Of a stretch of 64,000 bases of DNA, positions 48,889-57,764 are shown one piece after another; position 1 is the first letter of the stretch, and each line of letters begins with the position of its first letter. Source of the stretch: a virus; IMG/VR virus record IMGVR_UViG_3300032242_001192, positions 1 to 64,000 of that record; one strand, 5' to 3'. The position numbers were made by a program, and so were the translations under genes. Under the pieces are notes generated by a model. That model saw only the letters and a list, made by a program, of their open reading frames with translations. It made no database searches and was not told where the DNA came from.

Positions 48889-49900
48889 AACTGTTATAGT
48901 AACAGGTGCTGCAGGTTATATCGGCGGCGCTACATGTATTGCATTAAAGGAAAAAGGATATAGAGTAATAGGAGTTGATAGAAGAAAACTACATAAGCAT
49001 ATGGAGTATTATGTAGATCAATTTGTCAATGAATGTTTTACTCATCCATTCTCATTAGAACATCTTGAACGCAGTCCTGTTGCAGTTGTACATTGCGCAG
49101 GCACAAGTTTAGTTGGGCCTAGTGTAGAAAAGCCTTCAGACTACTTTGATAATAATGTGGCAAAGACATTAAAGTATTTGGATTATATTCGTCGCTGGGC
49201 ACCCAATGTTAAGTTTATTTTTAGTAGCAGTGCATCGGTATATGGTGATCCAATTGGTATGATTCTAACAGAAGGGTCTGAAACTAAACCAATATCTGCA
49301 TATGGCGAATCTAAGCTAATGACAGAAATGATGCTAAATAGATTTAAAATTGCATATGGTTTAAAATATGTTTCCTATAGATATTTTAACGCATGTGGCG
49401 CAGTCGAAGGCGGAGAGCATGGTCAGGAGCCTGATGCTACACATATTTTTGCTAGACTATTTGAAGCAGCATTGGATGGTAATGATTTCACTATTAATGG
49501 TGCAGACTTTCCGACGCGAGATGGCACTTGTGTAAGAGATTATATTCATGTATCCGATATAGCCGAAGCTCACGTATTGGCTATTGACAAAGATATTGAA
49601 GGGATATATAATATAGGAACATTAAAGGGTCATTCTAATCTTGAAGTGTTTACTGCAGTTGAAAATTTCTTAATTGATAATGAAGCAATAAACAATAGAA
49701 TTGTATGTCATGTAGATGTACGAAGAGAAGGTGATCCTGCAACATTGATTGCTAGTGCAGAAAAATTACTAGCAGATACAGGATGGAAACCTCAAAGAAA
49801 ATTAAATGATATTATAGAAAGCTTATACGATTGGTATAACTCTAAATATTATCATAGACTAAAACAGCGGTCTTCAAACGTCATTCAACCCGCTATATAA
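48866..49900 (+). CDS. galE: UDP-glucose 4-epimerase-like SDR
   Basis: VTGAAGYIGG, H.AG.SLVG.SV..P..Y..NNV, FSSSASVYG, YGESK, RYFNACGA, T.DGTCVRDYIHV.DIA.AH, RREGDP. Confidence 0.9.
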   Translation: MSQSQNTKTVIVTGAAGYIGGATCIALKEKGYRVIGVDRRKLHKHMEYYVDQFVNECFTHPFSLEHLERSPVAVVHCAGTSLVGPSVEKPSDYFDNNVAKTLKYLDYIRRWAPNVKFIFSSSASVYGDPIGMILTEGSETKPISAYGESKLMTEMMLNRFKIAYGLKYVSYRYFNACGAVEGGEHGQEPDATHIFARLFEAALDGNDFTINGADFPTRDGTCVRDYIHVSDIAEAHVLAIDKDIEGIYNIGTLKGHSNLEVFTAVENFLIDNEAINNRIVCHVDVRREGDPATLIASAEKLLADTGWKPQRKLNDIIESLYDWYNSKYYHRLKQRSSNVIQPAI

Positions 49901-49934
49901 ATTCTGCATGTCGTCAAACTTACTCATTGGAGGC
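49866..49934 (+). ncRNA. Candidate preQ1-I-like cis-regulatory RNA upstream of queD
   Basis: AGCGG/CCGCT 5-bp stem, loop starts with U and ends AAC, followed by ATATAAA; loop GTCTTCAA complementary to TTGGAGGC (SD). Confidence 0.5.
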
Positions 49935-49939
49935 AAGAG

Positions 49940-50395
49940 ATGGCTAAATATTTCTCAACAAAACATTACGGACATAATCTTGGGCTAAGTGCCGTATTTA
50001 GACAACCTAACGCTGACCATAGTCATTGCCATTTGTTGCATGGTTATAGTTTAGCATTTACGTTTACGTTTGGATGTGAACATCTAGATAATAAAAATTG
50101 GGCAGTAGATTTTGGTGGGCTTAAACCGCTTAAGGCTTGGTTAGAAGATAATTTTGATCATAAGTTAGCATTGGATATTGCTGATCCTCATCTAGCTAAA
50201 TTTCGAGAACTAGAAGAATTGGGCTTAGCTGAAATTAGAATTTTTGATGGTGTTGGTGCAGAAAAATTTGCAGAACATGCATTTAATTTTGCAGATAAAC
50301 TGATTCGAGAAAAGACTAATAATCGTTGTTATTGTGTTCGTGTAGAATGCGCAGAGCATGGGGCTAATAGCGCTATCTATGAAGTATATAACTAA
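49940..50395 (+). CDS. queD: 6-carboxytetrahydropterin synthase (QueD/PTPS family, HGY variant)
   Basis: HSHCHLLHGY, W.VDFGGLK.LK.WL...FDH, VGAEKFA, VECAEH.ANSA.Y. Confidence 0.88.
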   Translation: MAKYFSTKHYGHNLGLSAVFRQPNADHSHCHLLHGYSLAFTFTFGCEHLDNKNWAVDFGGLKPLKAWLEDNFDHKLALDIADPHLAKFRELEELGLAEIRIFDGVGAEKFAEHAFNFADKLIREKTNNRCYCVRVECAEHGANSAIYEVYN

Positions 50396-50495
50396 TAAAG
50401 ATAGATCAGTAAACCTTCCATATGAAGAGGGTTTACTAGAATGGTTACAACAACAGTATCCATTTTCTAAATACTACATTGTGGAATTATTATGA
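50379..50495 (+). CDS. Small (38 aa) hypothetical protein, not in ORF track
   Basis: MKYITNKDRSVNLPYEEGLLEWLQQQYPFSKYYIVELL fills the gap; ATGA overlap with 50492 start. Confidence 0.65.
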   Translation: MKYITNKDRSVNLPYEEGLLEWLQQQYPFSKYYIVELL

Positions 50496-50698
50496 TAGAG
50501 ATTGCATTAATTGTTGCTGGTATAATAATAGGTATGACTATAAAGCAAGAACACTTGCAAAATAGATTCAACAAAACCTATGAACAATTAGATAAAGAAA
50601 TGAGAGATGAACTAAACTATTATCGTAATTTATCAAATAGTTTACGCGAGGATGTTAAAGTATTACGATTGAAAATTAAAGTATTGGATAAAAAATGA
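50492..50698 (+). CDS. Small protein with N-terminal TM helix and coiled coil
   Basis: IALIVAGIIIGM hydrophobic segment; ATGA overlaps. Confidence 0.65.
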   Translation: MIEIALIVAGIIIGMTIKQEHLQNRFNKTYEQLDKEMRDELNYYRNLSNSLREDVKVLRLKIKVLDKK

Positions 50699-50880
50699 GG
50701 CAACTTGCTGAATTTAGTAATAATCAAAATATTGCTACAATTAAGAGTGACGGTGGAAAATATATTGTAGAAATGTATACCAATAAAGAATTGATAGATA
50801 CTAAAATATTTAATGAACACACCTTGCGCATTGTTGAGAATTTTGCCAAGGCATGGATACATAATGAGGAAACTAAATGA
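50695..50880 (+). CDS. Hypothetical protein
   Basis: Translationally coupled 61-aa ORF. Confidence 0.6.
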   Translation: MRQLAEFSNNQNIATIKSDGGKYIVEMYTNKELIDTKIFNEHTLRIVENFAKAWIHNEETK

Positions 50881-51335
50881 ATTGGTTTTTAAATTGGCTT
50901 GATAATATTGGTCGCAAGCGTATAGTCATGGATCGTATAGACAATGAACCATATCTTGAACGATACTATCTCTTTCTAAAAGACAGAAAGAAATTTCCCT
51001 TTAATATATTTTTACATAAATTCCTAAAAGGAGACCCTGATGATGTACATGATCACCCATGGCCGTACTGCACTTTCATACTTAAAGGCGGTTACTACGA
51101 ATGGGTTCCGCAGTTTAATTCCGATGGCACAAAATATTGCGAGATTCGTAAGTGGCGTGGACCCGGCCATTTCCGCATTTGTGGTTCTAATAGTTATCAC
51201 CGCATTGAATTAAAAGAAGGGGTAACCGCTTGGACATTGTTTATGCCTGGCCCTCAAAAAAGAGACTGGGGATTTTTAGTTAATAATAAATGGATACAGC
51301 ATGAGCAGTATCTAAAGGAACGATATGTCAAGTAA
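50877..51335 (+). CDS. Cupin-like conserved phage protein
   Basis: PYLERYY, FLHKF...D.D..HDHPW....ILKGGY.E, HRIEL, WTLF..G...R.WGF. Confidence 0.75.
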   Translation: MNWFLNWLDNIGRKRIVMDRIDNEPYLERYYLFLKDRKKFPFNIFLHKFLKGDPDDVHDHPWPYCTFILKGGYYEWVPQFNSDGTKYCEIRKWRGPGHFRICGSNSYHRIELKEGVTAWTLFMPGPQKRDWGFLVNNKWIQHEQYLKERYVK

Positions 51336-51807
51336 TGTGATGAAGGGTGTTAATAGCAAAGATGCTATTATCGACGGAACACTAGTTCCATTCATTAATC
51401 GTAATAGTAGTGAATATCCTGTCGAGGTTGGGGCATCATTCTTTGCTCCCGTAAAGGTTGAGGATCAAAAAGATTTATCATTGAATATAGCAAAAGAACA
51501 TGCTAAACAAGAATATGATAGAATCATGCAGATGGTTGAGATTCTTAAAGAACAAGCAAAACAACTAGTAAGCAGACTTGATGCAACAGACTTAGTGCAT
51601 GATACATCTTTTTCTTTTAATCCTGTGCACGGTAAAGAATATCATATCTATTTAAATTCTTATCTTAATAAAAATCAATTAGGTTTAATTGGTCCAACAG
51701 ATTGGGCAGGTGGGAAACCTCCAGAACATTTGACATTTGTTGCATCCGTAATTAAAAAGGGAGATTCAACTTGGGAGTACGTAGATGAAGATAGCGTTAG
51801 TAACTGA
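51325..51807 (+). CDS. DUF2452-like protein
   Basis: YP.EVG...F.P, A.QEY.RI......L..QA, F.PV.GK.YH.Y, I.P.DW, D.TW. Confidence 0.65.
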   Translation: MSSNVMKGVNSKDAIIDGTLVPFINRNSSEYPVEVGASFFAPVKVEDQKDLSLNIAKEHAKQEYDRIMQMVEILKEQAKQLVSRLDATDLVHDTSFSFNPVHGKEYHIYLNSYLNKNQLGLIGPTDWAGGKPPEHLTFVASVIKKGDSTWEYVDEDSVSN

Positions 51808-52849
51808 TACTCATTTTGGAGCAAGATCCGATTCTCAAGCGTTTGATTTATATTTTAAAAAATTCTATGATGAAGTATTTTTTCCAGAATTAGACAAGCG
51901 CAAAATACAGCAAATTATTCATTTGGGTGATTGCTTTGATAGACGAAAATATATTAACTTTAATACATTAAGTACATGTAAACAGTACTTCTTTGAAGAA
52001 GCAGTCAATCGTGGTATTGATATGGATATGATTATTGGTAACCACGATACATTCTATAAAAATACTAATGATATAAATTCTCCAACTTTATTGTTGGGAG
52101 AATATCCTAATCTTACTTGCTATAGTAAACCAACAATCGTAGAATATGATGGACTAAAGATTCTTTTACAGCCATGGATATGCGCCGACAACTATGAGGA
52201 TTCAATTAAACTAATTGAAAGCAAAGTGGCAAAGGTTTGTTTTGGACACTTAGAATTGTCTGGGTTTATTATGTTCAAGGGACAAGAAGCTCAAATAGAA
52301 CATGGTGGTTTAGATCCTTCGTTGTTTAAAGATTTTAAATTAGTATGTTCTGGACATTTCCATCACAAGCATGGCAGAGGCAATGTTGAGTATATAGGCA
52401 ATCCCTATCAGTTATTCTGGAACGATTTTGAGGATGATCGAGGATTCCATATCTTTGATACTAAAACACTACAGTTAGAATTTATTAGAAATCCAAATAC
52501 TATATTTGAGAAATATTATTACGACGATGAAAAAGAAGATCCTATGTCTATTGACATTACTAGATTCGCATCCAAAGTAATTAAATTGATTGTAGTAAAT
52601 AAAAAAGATTTTATTAAGTTTGATAAATTTATAGAAGCAATCTATAAACAAACTCCAATCGAATTAAAAATCATTGAAGATTTTTCTGAATTTGAATCTG
52701 AAGCAATAGACGAATCTGTCGACTTAGAGGACACGATGACACTATTATCTAATTATGTTGATAGTGTAGAAACAGATGCAGATAAAGATAGATTAAAAAG
52801 TTTGCTAAAAGCATTATATGTCGAAGCACAACATTATGAGGAAGTATGA
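51785..52849 (+). CDS. gp47: Recombination endonuclease subunit gp47 (Mre11/SbcD-like)
   Basis: DTHFGAR, HLGD.FDRRK, GNHD.FYKNTN..NS, GHLEL.GF, SGHFH. Confidence 0.96.
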   Translation: MKIALVTDTHFGARSDSQAFDLYFKKFYDEVFFPELDKRKIQQIIHLGDCFDRRKYINFNTLSTCKQYFFEEAVNRGIDMDMIIGNHDTFYKNTNDINSPTLLLGEYPNLTCYSKPTIVEYDGLKILLQPWICADNYEDSIKLIESKVAKVCFGHLELSGFIMFKGQEAQIEHGGLDPSLFKDFKLVCSGHFHHKHGRGNVEYIGNPYQLFWNDFEDDRGFHIFDTKTLQLEFIRNPNTIFEKYYYDDEKEDPMSIDITRFASKVIKLIVVNKKDFIKFDKFIEAIYKQTPIELKIIEDFSEFESEAIDESVDLEDTMTLLSNYVDSVETDADKDRLKSLLKALYVEAQHYEEV

Positions 52850-54561
52850 TAAGATTTCACGCAGTTAGATGGAAAAATTTTTTATCGACAGGTGGACAAT
52901 TTACGGAAGTCAAATTAGATAAAGCAACAACTACACTTATTGTGGGTGAGAATGGTGCAGGCAAGAGTACTATTCTAGATGCTATTTGTTTCTGTTTGTT
53001 TAATAAACCTTTTAGGAATATTAATAAGCCTCAGTTGATGAATAGTATCAACGGTAAAGGCTTACAAGTTGAGATTGAATTTAGTATAGGTCCTAAAGAA
53101 TACAAAGTTGTTAGGGGTAGCAGACCTGGTATTTTTGAAATCTATGTCAACGGAGATCTGTTAAATCAAGATGCCGCATCTAAAGATTATCAAAAATATC
53201 TTGAAGACAACATTCTAAAGTTAAACTATAAATCTTTTACTCAAATCGTTATCCTGGGTAGCGCATCCTTTACTCCTTTTATGCAATTACCGCAAGGACA
53301 TAGAAGAGAAATTATTGAGGATATTTTAGACATTCAAATCTTTACAGTAATGAATTCTGTATTAAAAGATAAGAATGCAGAAATTAAAAATCAAATTACA
53401 AACATTGATACTCAAATTGAAATCGGTAAAAATAAAGTTAAAATGCAACAGCAGTACATAGCTACGCTGGAGAATGATAAACAGAAGAAAGTTGAAGATG
53501 TACAAAAGCGAATACTTGAAACGTCTGCAGAAATATCACAACTTAATGCAAGTGTCACTGCAGAAAAAGATGCCGAGAATACTCTTAAATCCTCGATATC
53601 GGATGCGAAGGAAAAACGCAACAAACGAACGGAAATGGGATCTTTGCTTAGAAAACTTTCCGAACGCGTTACTGCGCAAGAGGGGCATATTCACTTCTAT
53701 CACGACCACGATGTTTGTCCGACTTGTAGTCAGAATCTTGATGAAGAAGTCAAAAAGGATGCAATACAATCTCACACGCTCAAGGTCGGAGAGATTACCA
53801 AGGCTATCGAGGAACTCAACAATCAACTTATCGATATTGAAACAAGACTTGCAGAGATTGATTCTATTGAAGAGAAAATATCTGAACATCAAAGCAATAT
53901 CATTGCCCTCAACACAAGCATTATCGCAAACCAAAACTACGTACAAAAATTACAAGACGATATATCTAGTTCCACATCATCATCGGGCGATATTGAAGGG
54001 GAAAAGGCTAAGCTCAAAGCTCTTGCTAAAGAAGTCGTCGCTCATGCAGATCAAAAAAGCAAAGCCTCGGAGGAAAAACATTATTTAGATATTGCTAGTA
54101 TTTTATTAAAAGATACAGGTATTAAGACAAAGATTATTCGTCAATACTTACCTGTCATTAATAAATTAGTAAATAAGTATCTTGTGGCAATGGATTTCTT
54201 TTGTCATTTTGAATTGGATGAGGCATTTAATGAGAAAATTAAATCTAGACACAGAGACGAATTTTCGTATGCCTCATTTAGTGAAGGTGAAAAACAGCGC
54301 ATAGATTTGGCGTTAGTATTTACTTGGAGAACAATCGCAAAGATGAAGAATTGTGCTAGCACAAACCTTTTGTTACTTGATGAGGTTTTTGATTCTTCTT
54401 TAGATGTCAATGGTACAGATTATGTAATGAACCTTATAAATACTTTAGGAGATGAGACTAATGTATTTGTTATTAGTCACAAAGGAGATCTTCTCTTTGA
54501 CAAATTTAGAAGTGTCATAAAGTTTGAGAAGCATCAAAATTTTTCAAGAATATCAGTATAG
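52846..54561 (+). CDS. gp46: Recombination ATPase subunit gp46 (Rad50/SbcC-like)
   Basis: WKNFLSTG, GENGAGKST, CPTC zinc hook, FSEGEKQRIDLA, LLDEVFDSSLD, FVISH. Confidence 0.97.
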   Translation: MIRFHAVRWKNFLSTGGQFTEVKLDKATTTLIVGENGAGKSTILDAICFCLFNKPFRNINKPQLMNSINGKGLQVEIEFSIGPKEYKVVRGSRPGIFEIYVNGDLLNQDAASKDYQKYLEDNILKLNYKSFTQIVILGSASFTPFMQLPQGHRREIIEDILDIQIFTVMNSVLKDKNAEIKNQITNIDTQIEIGKNKVKMQQQYIATLENDKQKKVEDVQKRILETSAEISQLNASVTAEKDAENTLKSSISDAKEKRNKRTEMGSLLRKLSERVTAQEGHIHFYHDHDVCPTCSQNLDEEVKKDAIQSHTLKVGEITKAIEELNNQLIDIETRLAEIDSIEEKISEHQSNIIALNTSIIANQNYVQKLQDDISSSTSSSGDIEGEKAKLKALAKEVVAHADQKSKASEEKHYLDIASILLKDTGIKTKIIRQYLPVINKLVNKYLVAMDFFCHFELDEAFNEKIKSRHRDEFSYASFSEGEKQRIDLALVFTWRTIAKMKNCASTNLLLLDEVFDSSLDVNGTDYVMNLINTLGDETNVFVISHKGDLLFDKFRSVIKFEKHQNFSRISV

Positions 54562-54569
54562 GAATTATT

Positions 54570-55160
54570 ATGAATAAATGGGAATTACAAGTACATCAGG
54601 TCAACGCATATTGCTACTACGAGAATATATTTGACGATGATATGATTAACGGCATTATAGAAGCAGGCGAAAAGCTTGGCACAGATAAAGCATATGTTGG
54701 TGGGGATTTACAAACACCTGGAAGGGTAGCTGAAGAAATCCGAAAAACGGATATTGCTTGGTTAAATGGAACTCAAGAAAATGCTTGGATTTTTAGAAAA
54801 CTAACAGATGTAATTTTACAAGCAAACGCACAATGGTTTGGATTTGATCTTAATACTATCGAAGCTCTTCAGTATTCTGTTTATAATGTAGGTGATTTTT
54901 ATGATTCGCATGTAGATCATCACTTTCAAGGTGCAGGTCAATATCCAAGAAAACTAAGTTTTACTATGCAACTAACTGATCCTAGTGAATATGAAGGTGG
55001 TAATACTAGATTAATCACATCTCAAGAACCTTTCGATATTCCAAAGACAAAAGGATCCATTACTTTCTTCCCTTCATATACATTACATGATGTACAACCA
55101 GTAACTAAAGGTACTCGCAAAGCATTAGTAGGTTGGATATTAGGACCACGTTGGAAATAA
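54570..55160 (+). CDS. 2OG-Fe(II) oxygenase (PKHD/P4H-like)
   Basis: Y..GDFYDSHVD (HxD), RKLSFT.QL.DP.EYEGG, FPSY.LH.V.PVT.G.R.ALV.W. Confidence 0.92.
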   Translation: MNKWELQVHQVNAYCYYENIFDDDMINGIIEAGEKLGTDKAYVGGDLQTPGRVAEEIRKTDIAWLNGTQENAWIFRKLTDVILQANAQWFGFDLNTIEALQYSVYNVGDFYDSHVDHHFQGAGQYPRKLSFTMQLTDPSEYEGGNTRLITSQEPFDIPKTKGSITFFPSYTLHDVQPVTKGTRKALVGWILGPRWK

Positions 55161-55161
55161 A

Positions 55162-55437
55162 ATGGCTACAAAGATTCCGTTAGAGTATTTAGATTTAGAT
55201 AACGATTTCGGTTTCAACGCTGTACATGAAACAGACGTTACAGAACCTTTAGTCAATCAAGTAAATCAAAATGCGGATATCAAAATAAAACAACAATTAG
55301 CTTCTGTTGAAAAATTGATTTTGCCCCTTTTGGTTAACTTGATGAAGAATCCTGAGAAGGATTACATACATTGGCCGAATAGAGTACCGGCGATTGAGAA
55401 ACAGATTGAACGCATACTGGCGATAACCCGTAGTTAA
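55162..55437 (+). CDS. Conserved hypothetical phage protein
   Basis: DFGF.AV, ILPLL.NL.KNPEKDYI.WPNR motif. Confidence 0.7.
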   Translation: MATKIPLEYLDLDNDFGFNAVHETDVTEPLVNQVNQNADIKIKQQLASVEKLILPLLVNLMKNPEKDYIHWPNRVPAIEKQIERILAITRS

Positions 55438-55452
55438 TGGCTTACTGAGGGC

Positions 55453-55481
55453 TTGACTTCTTGTACTAAAGGTGTTATAAT
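55453..55481 (+). promoter_or_regulatory. sigma70-type early promoter with extended -10
   Basis: TTGACT N17 TATAAT with TGn (aaaggtgtTATAAT). Confidence 0.88.
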
Positions 55482-55505
55482 TAAGGCTAGTACAAAGGAG
55501 TCTCG

Positions 55506-57764
55506 ATGTTAGTTCAATCAAAATCTCTTCTAGCAAAATTGCTTGCCGCAGAAAACATCACTGTCGAGCATCGCAAAACACAAACAGCATATTTCGATCC
55601 TAAGAATAGAGTCATGGTTCTTCCTATATGGAAAGAAATGACTCCTGATGTCTATGACTTACTACTTGGTCATGAGACAGGACATGCTTTATTCACACCT
55701 TCCGAGGGTTGGCATAATGCAATTATATCCTCACAAAGCAGAGCGTTCAAAACATTCTTAAATGTTATCGAAGACGTACGCATTGAAAAGAAGGTTCAAG
55801 AAAAATTCCCAGGCCTTAAAGCATGTTTCACACGAGGTTATAATGACTTCATGAAGAGGGATTTCTTTGGCATTGAAAATATTGCAAGTCAACTAGATAT
55901 ACTACCATTTATTGATCGTATCAATCTTCACTATAAAGTTGGCTCTTATTTAAATATCAAATTCTCAGATAAAGAACAAGTTTATCTAAAGCGTTTAGAC
56001 AATCTTAAGAAATGGGAAGATGTAGAAAAGCTTGCTCGAGAATTATTTGCTATGGCAAAAGATGATCTTAGACAACAGCTTATGGATCAGTTTGCTAACT
56101 ATGAGGAGGGCGAAGGCGATCCCGACGAACAAGAGTTTGATTACGACGGCGAGTTCGAAGAAGATGCAGATGAGTTTGGTACAAAGCGCAAGGCGCGCTC
56201 ATTCTTCGGAGGCAGTAATAGAATTGCAGAAGATGAACCTTATTCTAGAACAGATGATTATTTCCGTAGAAAAGAAACAGAACTTTTAGCTGACGACGTA
56301 AAACCATATTATTATGCGAATTTGCCTTTAGCTAATTTGAAACAGATCATTGTTCCTTATAAGAATATGAAATTGCATTATAATGATTTTGCATATTACG
56401 ATCCTTCACTGGGAATGAAAAAAGATGTATCTGAGGATCCTAAATTACTAGGATATGTAGAGTCTGCTAAGAACAAATACTACAAGGAATTCACAGATAC
56501 AAATAAAAAGTATATCTCATATCTTGTCAAAGAGTTTGAGTTGCGTCGTAATGCTAGACAATTTGCTCGAGCAAGTATTGCTAAAACAGGTGCACTTGAT
56601 GTTAAGAAAATTTATTCTTATAAAATCAACGATGACTTGTTCAAACGAATCTCAGTAGTTCCTAACGGAAAATCTCATGGACTAGTTATGTTCATTGATT
56701 ACTCTGGGTCTATGACAGAAAATATTGATGCAACAATTGAACAAACTATTGTATTAGCGACATTCTGTAAAAAGGTAAATATTCCATTCCGAGTATATGC
56801 ATTCACAGATGATTTTCTTTCACCTGAAGATTTAATGTCCGAATTGAGTATTACTGATGCAGAAGGGTATCGTAGATATTTTGAATCGAATCACAATGGT
56901 AGAAAATCTGTATACAATAAATTCTCAAGTGAAAATGGTGAGCTTGATCTAAATGGGTCCAAGGCTTTTAGATTGCGAGAATATCTTTCTAGTGAGATGT
57001 CTGGAACAGAATTCAGAGAAGGAGTTAAGTTTTGGTTATTGGCAGGCAAACTGCATAATGCACGAAGCTGGAGCAGACGCACAGATACGATGAATATAAA
57101 TGAGCCTATGACATGTATTCGAAATACTAGATTTGAATCGTTGAATGGTACACCTTTGAATGAAGCAATTGTTGCTAGTGTTGAGATTGTAAAACAATTT
57201 AGAAAACAATATCGGTTAGATGTAGTTAATACTGTGTTCTTAACTGATGGTGATGCTAATGAAAACAATTCAATATATAGTGAAACTGCTTCATCGGGTT
57301 CTGAATATTTCCAAAGGTACAATAGTACTGATAGAAATCTAGTTATTAGAAACTTACGAGATGGTACTCAGGCAGTAGCACCACCTAGAACAGCATTGAC
57401 ACAAGGTCTCTTATCTTTACTAAAAGAAACTACAGGTTCTAATGTTATTGGATTCTTTATAACAGGTGGCTACAGTATCAAGGGTACTATCAGGGGTAAG
57501 ATGGCAAAGCATGGTCTAGATTCAACTTTAGACATTGACAATATAATGAAAAGTTTTAGAAAGAACAAATTCGTCATGCTAAATGATGTTGGATATGATG
57601 ATTTTTATATCATACCTGGAGGTAAGGATCTTGTAATTGAAGAGGATAAGCTTGAGGTTGAGGGAACCTCTAAAAACGATTTCAAGAAAGCCTTTATGAA
57701 AATGCAAAAGGGCAAGGTCACGAACCGCGTGCTTTTGAGTAGATTTGTCGAGAAAATTGCTTGA
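55506..57764 (+). CDS. HExxH metallopeptidase-like + vWA (CobT-like) protein
   Basis: TAYFD...R...LPIW, LLGHETGHALFTP, N..ED.RIE, MIDAS DYSGS, GTPL, LTDG. Confidence 0.85.
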   Translation: MLVQSKSLLAKLLAAENITVEHRKTQTAYFDPKNRVMVLPIWKEMTPDVYDLLLGHETGHALFTPSEGWHNAIISSQSRAFKTFLNVIEDVRIEKKVQEKFPGLKACFTRGYNDFMKRDFFGIENIASQLDILPFIDRINLHYKVGSYLNIKFSDKEQVYLKRLDNLKKWEDVEKLARELFAMAKDDLRQQLMDQFANYEEGEGDPDEQEFDYDGEFEEDADEFGTKRKARSFFGGSNRIAEDEPYSRTDDYFRRKETELLADDVKPYYYANLPLANLKQIIVPYKNMKLHYNDFAYYDPSLGMKKDVSEDPKLLGYVESAKNKYYKEFTDTNKKYISYLVKEFELRRNARQFARASIAKTGALDVKKIYSYKINDDLFKRISVVPNGKSHGLVMFIDYSGSMTENIDATIEQTIVLATFCKKVNIPFRVYAFTDDFLSPEDLMSELSITDAEGYRRYFESNHNGRKSVYNKFSSENGELDLNGSKAFRLREYLSSEMSGTEFREGVKFWLLAGKLHNARSWSRRTDTMNINEPMTCIRNTRFESLNGTPLNEAIVASVEIVKQFRKQYRLDVVNTVFLTDGDANENNSIYSETASSGSEYFQRYNSTDRNLVIRNLRDGTQAVAPPRTALTQGLLSLLKETTGSNVIGFFITGGYSIKGTIRGKMAKHGLDSTLDIDNIMKSFRKNKFVMLNDVGYDDFYIIPGGKDLVIEEDKLEVEGTSKNDFKKAFMKMQKGKVTNRVLLSRFVEKIA

